DNA of 44,329 bases from Chiloscyllium plagiosum (Eukaryota): the NCBI RefSeq assembly GCF_004010195.1, contig NC_057756.1:7817676-7862004 (forward strand). The letters are read 5' to 3'. Numbering within the stretch: the first letter of the stretch is position 1; each line of letters begins with the position of its first letter. Made by a program: the position numbers and the translations under genes. Below the pieces are notes generated by a model. That model did no database searches and was not told where the DNA came from. It worked only from the letters and a program-made list of their open reading frames with translations. This document shows positions 36,553-44,329 of this stretch, piece after piece.

Positions 36553-36894
36553 CTGGGGAGAGAAATATCAATATTTACCATTGAATGACCTGTAGATTCA
36601 CTAGACCGATCTCCACTCCCTCCAACACTGGTACACATTGGCTGCAGTGTGGACCATCTACAGCACATACAAGGAACTCCATAAGGTTACACAGCAGATG
36701 GAAGGGAATCGTGGGGCACAGTCATGGACAAATTCATTCTACATTGGCTCATGGACCTCTGGGCTCTGTTTAGTGAAGCAAGTCTTCCACTCAACACAAT
36801 GTCTATACGGTGCACAATTCGAGATGCATTCAGTTCTGATTTACGAAAAAAAATCCTCTTATCTATTTTCTAATCAGCCTGTTTAGTCAAATTA

Positions 36895-36978
36895 TTACAT
36901 GCCTCTGGAGTAGGTGAGACTTGAACCCAGGCCTCCTAGTCCAGGGTTAGGGATGCTACCACTCCACCACAAGAGGAC
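36895..36978 (-). mobile_element. tRNA-derived SINE head
   Basis: Minus strand TGGTGGAGTGGTAGC...GGTTCAAGTC (A and B boxes). Confidence 0.5.
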
Positions 36979-37299
36979 ACTTCAGTGCTGATTTTTAAAG
37001 TAGGACAATGGATGAGGAACTCTCAGAACTTACATCACTCTCGCATCATTTCGACTTGAACCCAGCCAATTAGCTGATTGATTCAACTTAATTGGTGAAA
37101 ATTCTTTTTTTAATTCGTTTACAGGATGGGTGGGTCACTGGCTGGGCCAGCATTTATTGCTCATCCTTCAGTACCTTCAAAACGATGGTGGTGACCTCAC
37201 TACCACAGCGATGAATTGGAGAATAACGCTTTGTTCTTAATGACATGTCAGAGCGGAAGTAACAAGAAACAAAAGTGGGGCAAGACTATTCATCTTTTG

Positions 37300-38870
37300 A
37301 TCCTCCTGAAGACTTGCGCACACATGGGGCTAGGGATAATTTATTCATTTGGATCGATTGTCCACCAACAGGAACAAAGAGTTTGGATAAATGGGTCTGT
37401 TTGTTGTTGGCAAGATGCAACACGTGGTGTGCCACAGGGATAAGTTCGCAGGCACCATTTACCATGTACACCCATGACTTGAATGAGGGAATGAGCTGGA
37501 AATGTGTTGCTGGAAAAGCGCAGCAGGTCAGGCAGTATCCAGGGAACAGGAGAATCGACGTTTCGGGCATAAGCCCTTCTTCAGGCATAGAAGCAGAGTG
37601 CCTGCAGGCAAGTTTGTCCAGCAGGGTAAGATAAAAGGTAGGGAGGAGGGACTTGGGGGAGGGGCGTCGGAAATGTGATAGGTGGAAAGAGGTCAAGGTT
37701 AGGGTGATAGACCCTCACCTTGACCTCTTTCCACCTATCACATTTCCGACGCCCCTCCCCCAAGTCCCTCCTCCCCACCTTTTATCTTAGCCTGCTGGAC
37801 AAACTTTCCTCATTCCTGAAGAAGGGCTTATGCCCGAAACGTCGATTCTCCTGTTCTCTGGATGCTGTCTGACGTGCTGCGCTTTTCCAGCAACACATTT
37901 CCAGCTCTGATCTCCAGCATCTGCAGACCTCACTTTCTCCTTGAATGAGGGAATAGCAGGTACTCTTGCCAAAGTTGCAAATCACAGTTGAATAGGTGGG
38001 AAAGAAAACTGCAATGAGAAATAAGAAATTTATGATCAGTTCCGAACACGTTAGGTGAATAAGATAAAATTTCGCATATGGAGTTTAACATTGATTAGCA
38101 GAATTAACTAATTCAGTTAGAGGTGTAAAAAGCGAACTTGTTATCTAAACGGAGAAAAACTTCAGAGTGCTTTGATGCAGAAGAACTTGGGTAGCCTTGT
38201 GCAGGAATTGTGGAAACTGGTATGAAGGTACAGCGGATGATAAGGAAGACAAATGGAATTTTGGCATTTATTATTGAAGGAATAGTTTCAAAGTAGAGAA
38301 GGCTGAGGAGTGACCTTATAGAGGTGAATAAAATCATGAGAGCATGGATAGGAGGTCACTTCACCAGGATAGGGGAGTCCAAAACTACTAGGCTTTAGTT
38401 CAAAGTGAGACGGGGAAGATTAAAAGGGAGCTACTTTTTGACACAGAGGGTGGTGCATATGTGGAATGAGCTGCCAGAGGAAGTGGTGAAGGCTGTTACA
38501 ATTACAATATTGAAAAGGCATCTGGGTGTGTACGTGAGTAGGAAGGCTTTATAGAGATATGAGCCCAAATGCTGACAAATGGGACGAGGTTAATCGAAGT
38601 TATCTGGTTGGAATGGAGAAATTGGACCAAAGGCTCTGTTTCCATGCTGTATATCTCTCTGACTTTAATTATTGCTGCAACTGTAAAAGGCATTAGTGAA
38701 ACCACACCTGGAGTACTGCACAGAGTTTTGGTCCCCTTACTTGAGAGGGACGTAGTTGTATTAATAGCAATTCAAGGGAGGTTCAATAAATCAATTTCAG
38801 AGATGAGGGGTCTGCCTTATGAAGAGAGATTGAGCAGTTCATGTCTGTACACTGGAGTTTAAAAAATGAG
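37300..38870 (+). mobile_element. Composite CR1 remnants
   Basis: QRVWINGS..WQDATRGVPQG; CR1 3' ends. Confidence 0.75.
37493..37939. mobile_element. Palindromic Penelope-terminus insertion (about 200-bp arms, 5-nt loop)
   Basis: Loop gatag at 37706-37710; TSD cttgaatgagggaat at 37478-37492 and 37940-37954. Confidence 0.88.
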
Positions 38871-38874
38871 AAAA

Positions 38875-41800
38875 TATAGAACATAGAACACTACAGCTCA
38901 GTGCAGGCCCTTTGGCTGTTGATGTTGTACTGACTTGTGGAACCAATCTGAAGCCCATCTAAACTACACTATTCCATTCTCATCCATATGCCTATCCAAT
39001 GACCATTTAAATGCCCTTAAAATGAGCAAGTCTACTACTGTTGCAGGCAGTGCATTCCACACTCCTACTACTCTCTGACTAAAGAAACTACCTCTGACAT
39101 CTGTACTTTATCGATCACCCCTCAATTTAAAGCTACGTCCCCTCTTGCAGGCCATCACCATCCAATGAGAAAGGTTATCACTGTCCAACCTATCCAAACC
39201 TCTGATTAGCTTACATGTCTCAATTAAGTCACCTCTCAATCTTCTTCTCTCTAATGAAACAGCCTCAAGTCCCTCATCTTTTCCTTGTAAGAAAATATGC
39301 CTCCAAACCAGGCAACTGCCTGGTGAATCTCTTGTGAACCCTTTCTAAAGCTTCCACATCCTTCCTATAATGCAGTGACTAGAACTGCCCGCAAAACTCC
39401 AAATATGGCCACACCAGAGTTTTGTACAGCTGCAGCATGATCTCATGGATCCGAAACTCAATTTTTCTACCAATAAAAGCTAACACACCGTATGCTATCT
39501 TAACGATTCCATTAACTTGGGTGGCAACTTTCAAGGATTTATGTACCTGAACACCGAGATCTCTCTGCTCATCCACACTACCAAGAGTCTTACCATTAGT
39601 CCAGTACTCTGCATTCCTGTTACTCCTTCCAAAGTGAATGATCTCACACTTTTCCACATTAAACTCCATTTGTCTTCTCTCAGCGCAGCTCTGCAGCTTA
39701 TCTATGTCTCTCTGTAACCAGTAACATCCTTCGTCACGATCCACAACTCTACCGACCTCGTGTCATCTGTAAATTTACTAACCCATCCTTCTATACCCTC
39801 AACCAGGTCATTTGTAAAAATGACAAACAACAGTGGACCCAAAACAGATCCTTGTGGTACCCTACTAGTAACTGAACTTCAGGATGAATATTTCCCATCA
39901 ACCACCACCTTCTGTCTTCTTTCAGTTAGCCAATTTCTGATCCAAACTGCTAAATCACCCTAAAACCCATGCCTCCATATTTTAGTGCAATAGCCTACTA
40001 TGGGCAACCTTATCAAATGCCTTACTGAAATCCATATACACAACATCAACTGCTTTACCCTCATCCATCTGTTTGGTTACCTCCTCAAAGAACTCAATAA
40101 GGTTTGTGAGGCACGACCTATCCTTCACAAAACCATGTTGATGATCCCTAATCAACTTATTCCACTCTAGATTATTATAAATCCTATCCCTTATAACCCT
40201 TTCCAGCACTTTACCCATAACTGAAGTAAGGCTCACAGGTCTATATTTTCGAAGGTTGACTCTACTCCCCTTCTTGAAAAAGGGAATAACCTTTCCTATC
40301 CTCCAGTCTTCTGGCACTATTCCTGTAGACAATGATGACATAAAAATCAAAGCCAAACTCTCGGCAATCTCCCCCCAGCTTCCCAGACAGTCTGCGGATA
40401 AATCCCATCCAGCCCAGGAAACATCTATTTTTACACTTTCCAGAATTGCTAACATCTCTTCCCTGCAAATGTCAATCACATCTAGTCTAGCAGCCCGTAT
40501 CTCAGTATCCTCCTCGATCACATTGTCTTTTTCTAGTGTGAGGAGGCCAACAGAAAACTCCCAACAGGGTAATCTCTCCTTTCCTGTTTCTAATCTCAGC
40601 CCACACTACCTCAGTAGATGAGTCCTCAAACGTCCTTTCTGCCACTGTAATACTGTCCTTCAATTACAGTGCCGCACCTCCCCCTCTTTTACCATTTTCT
40701 CTGTTCTTACTGAAACATCTGAATCCCGGAACCTGCAATAACCATTCTTGTCCCTGCTCTACCCATGTCTCTGAAATGGCCACAATATTGACATCCCAGA
40801 TACTAACCCATGCTGTAAGTTCACCCATCTTCTTCTGGATGCTCCTGGTGATGAAGTATACACACTTCAAACCAAATTCTTGCTTGCCGGTGCCTTCTTG
40901 CAATCTTGAAATCTTAATTCTGACTTCACTACTCTCAGCCTCCCATATACTGCAACAACAAAAAATTTGGTTCCCATCCCCCTGCTGGACTAGTTTAAAC
41001 CCACCCGAAGAGCAACAGCAAATCCCCCCATCCCAAGATATTTGTACCCCTCTGATTCAGGTGAAAAGCATCCTGTTTGTAGGATGCTTTTATCTCAGAA
41101 AGAGCCCCAATTATCCAGGAATCCAAAACCCTCCCTTGTGCACCATCCTTGTAGCCATGTGTTCAACTCCTCTCTCTCCCTTTCCTCATCTCGCTCGCAC
41201 GTGGCACGGGCAACAAACCAGAGATAACAACTCTGTTTCTTGCTTTAAGCTTTGACCCTAGCTCCCTGAATTTCTGCCTTAAATCCCGATCTCTCTTCCT
41301 ACCTATGTTGCTGGTGCCTAAGTGGATCCCGATAACCCATCCACCTTCTTCTTTTACCTGAGATGTGACTACCTCCCTGTAACTCCTCTCAATAAGCCCC
41401 TCGGCCTCCCGAATGATCCCAAGGTCATCCAGCTCCAGCTCCAGTTCACTAACGCAGTTTTCGAGGAGCTGGAGTTGGGTACACTTCCCACAGATGAAGT
41501 CAGCAGGGACACTACTGGTGACCCTTACTTCACACGTTCTGCAGGAGGAACATTCAACATCTCTAACCTCCATTCCCACTATTCTACATTCCCAACGAGA
41601 CGACTGCAAACCTAAAAAAACAGAGACCAGTCACCTTACCAATTGGAGCACAGAACCTTGTTTTTTGGTTAGAGGAGGAGGACGGATTGGAGCCACTACC
41701 TAAGTGGTGTTTTGGGTAAAGCAACCACCCAAATATAAGCCTCACTTACCCAACAGACCCATGTGCACTCCTCCTCAGTATACGCTCTGCCTTTATGTGA

Positions 41801-42005
41801 GGTAAGCTTTTATATCGTTTAAAATTTACCTTCCTGTCAGGCCTCTGGCCCTCGCTGTCGCTCCTCCCACTCCAACCGCCACCAAAAAAAGTGAAGAACG
41901 CTGAACTCCTGAAGCCAGCTTTTATATCTTTTTAACATTTACCTTCCTGTCGGGCCTCTAGTCCTTGCTGTTGCTCCTCTCACTCCGACTGCCTTCAAAA
42001 TAAAA
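38875..42005 (-). mobile_element. CR1 LINE retaining 5' UTR, ORF1 and ORF2 remnants (internally deleted)
   Basis: ORF1 CSSC..FICGKC + leucine zipper + esterase-like IHLGTSNIG; endonuclease IVAISETW..KRGGGAAL; RT QHGF..DFSKAFDKV; (ttctatg) tail. Confidence 0.92.
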
Positions 42006-42049
42006 TGCGGAGGTCTAATTGGGGTTTTTAAGATTATAAAGGGAATGGG

Positions 42050-43070
42050 AATCACTGAGGTGTACAGTATAGAAACTGTCCTTTTTGCCCATCTCATCCA
42101 AACCAACTAGGTTTCCTCAACTGATCTAATCCAATTTGCATGTTTTTGTTCCATATCTCTCTGAACCTTTCTGATCCATGCACTTATCAAAATGTCTTTT
42201 AAATGTTGAAATTGTACCTGCACCTACCACTTCCTTTGGTAGTTCATTCTGTCTGCACTACTTTCTTTGTGAAAAAGTTGACCATCGGGTCCTTTTCAAA
42301 TCTTTCCTGTCTCATGTTAAACCTATGCCCTATAGTTCTGAATTCACCTCACTCTGATTTTATAAACACCTGCAACGTCACTCCTCAGCATCCTGTGTTC
42401 CAGGGAAAACAGTCCCAGCTTATCCAGCCTCTCCTTACAAGTCTAAACCTCCAGTCTTGTTAACATCCTTGTAAATGTTTCTTGCTCCCTTTGCAGTTTG
42501 ATAACATCCTTTCTGCGGTACTCCAAATGTGGCCTTGCCAATGTCTTGTACATCCCAACTCTTGTGCTCAGTGCTCTAACTGATGAACGCAAGCATGCCA
42601 AACACCTTCTTCACTACCCTGTCTACCTGAGATGCTACTTTCAAGGAACTATGTACCTGCACCTCTAGATTTCTCTATTTTGCAACACTCCCCCCGGTCC
42701 TATCACTAACTGTGTATATCCTGCCCTGGTTTGTCTCACCAAATTGCAACATCTCATATTTATCAAAATTAAGCTCCATCTGCCATTCATTGGCCCAAGG
42801 CCCAGTTGATCAAGTCCCCATTGGAACCTGAGGTAACCTTCTTCACCATCCACTATACCATCAATTTTGATGTCATCCACAAAGCCAATTATGCCTCCGA
42901 CATTCTCATACAAATTATTATATAACTGACAAACAACAGTGGATTCAGCACTGACCCCTGTGGCACAATGCAAGTCATAGGCCTCCAGGCCAAAAAACAA
43001 CCCTTAACTACCATCCTTCTGTCAAACCAATTTGGTATTGAATTGGCTAGTTCTCATTGCATCTCATGTG
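42050..43070 (-). mobile_element. CR1 3' fragment
   Basis: GFVDDIKIDGIVDGEEGYLR; CR1 tail. Confidence 0.85.
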
Positions 43071-43796
43071 ATAGGATAAAGGGGAGCAGATTTAAAACAG
43101 AGATGAGGAGAAGTTATTTCTCTGAAAGTGTCATGAATCTTTGGAATTCACTACCACAGATGGATTCCAGGACCTAGAGTAAAATTAAAGAGAACATAGA
43201 GAGATTTAGAATGAGCAATGCGTTGAAGAGTTAGCGGAGTGGGGAGCAGGCAAGAAAGTAGAGTTGAGGCCAAGGTGATTATGAGCCATAATCATATCGA
43301 ATGTAGACAGGCAGGAGGCTAGAAGAACACAGCAAGCCAGGAAGCATCAGGAGATGGAGAACTTGACATTTCGGGTGCAACCCTTCTTCAGGACATCATA
43401 TAAAATGGTGGAGCAGGCTCGAGGGCCTGATGGGCCTACTCCTGCTCCTAGTTCTGATGTAAAATCATGACCTTAGCTTTCCTCTCCTACCTTTTCACTG
43501 TATCCTTGACTCCATTTTTGATCACAAATTAATCTAACTCAGTCTTGAATATTTTCAGCAACACAGCCTCGAAGAAAAGTTCAGAGGATTAACTGGAGCC
43601 AGGGAAAGAAATTATGACATAGGTTCTTCTCCTGCCTTCATGTCCCATCTACTCCTCCATATCAACACCACTTTTAATCCTTGGAAGCCTTCACTGTGCA
43701 CCATCTGGCTGCAGTCCATGCTAATTTGGTACCCTCTGTAACATGAGTTTTTATTTTCCACAAGAGATTTTCATGTGCTGCCTGACCAAATATCTT

Positions 43797-44329
43797 AGAG
43801 TCATAGTGTCATAGAGATGTACAGCATGGATACAGACCCTTCGATCCAACCCGTCCATGCCGACCAGATATCCCAACCCAATCTAGTCCCACCTGCCAGC
43901 GCCCGGCCCATATCCCTCCAAACCCTTCCTATTCATATACCCATCCAAATGCCTCTTTAATGTTGCATTTGTACCAGCCTCCACCACATCTTCTGGCAGC
44001 TCATTCCATACACGTTCCACTCTCTGTGTGAAAAAGTTTCCACTTAGGTCTCTTTTATATCTTTCCCCTTTCACCCTAAACCTATGCCCTCTAGGTCTGG
44101 ACTCCCCGAAAAGACTTTGTATATTTATCCTATCCATGCCCCTCCTAATTTTGTAAACCTCGATAAGGTCACCCCTCAGCCTCTGATGCTCCAGGGAAAA
44201 CAGCCCCAGCCTGTTCAGTCACTCCCTGCAGCTCAGATCCTCCAACCCTGGCAACATCCTTGTAAATCTTTTCTGAACACTTTCAAGTTTCACAACATCT
44301 TTCCGATAGGAAGGAGATCAGAATTGCAC
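43797..44329 (-). mobile_element. Young CR1 3' end running off the window
   Basis: RGHRFRVKGERYKRDL..WNELPEDVVEAG; highly similar to 6523-7060. Confidence 0.92.

Overview
Vertebrate genomic DNA, most likely from a shark or other elasmobranch (HE1-type V-SINEs, Deu-domain SINEs, dense CR1 LINEs), with one assembly gap (6070-6197). It holds two convergent (tail-to-tail), spliced Siglec/MAG/CD22-like Ig-superfamily receptor genes; the ORF track shows only fragments of them. Gene A (+) enters from the left edge, with exons at 1-46, 1477-1752, 2409-2702, 4303-4399, 4694-4775 and 8699-8935. It encodes C2-set Ig domains, a TM and an inhibitory-type tail (VLYANI plus TEYAKI). Gene B (-) has exons at 36552-36199 (V-set with the sialic-acid-binding Arg), 34790-34497, 34002-33721, 31512-31231, 26657-26561 (TM), 25726-25666, possibly 25111-24977, and 23921-23814; its leader exon was not found. 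Gene B ends in DDLYANC-x7-YANI*, a tail with ITAM-like spacing, so the two genes look like an inhibitory/activating paired-Siglec module. The rest is mostly CR1, L2, RTE, SINE and Penelope-like repeats. Several Penelope-derived insertions are long palindromes with 12-15 bp target-site duplications and minimal hammerhead-ribozyme cores. Orphan exon-like segments lie between the genes, including a TM-like one with an intramembrane Glu. All exon calls come from manual reading of splice sites, phase and protein motifs; no searches were run, and repeat boundaries are approximate.
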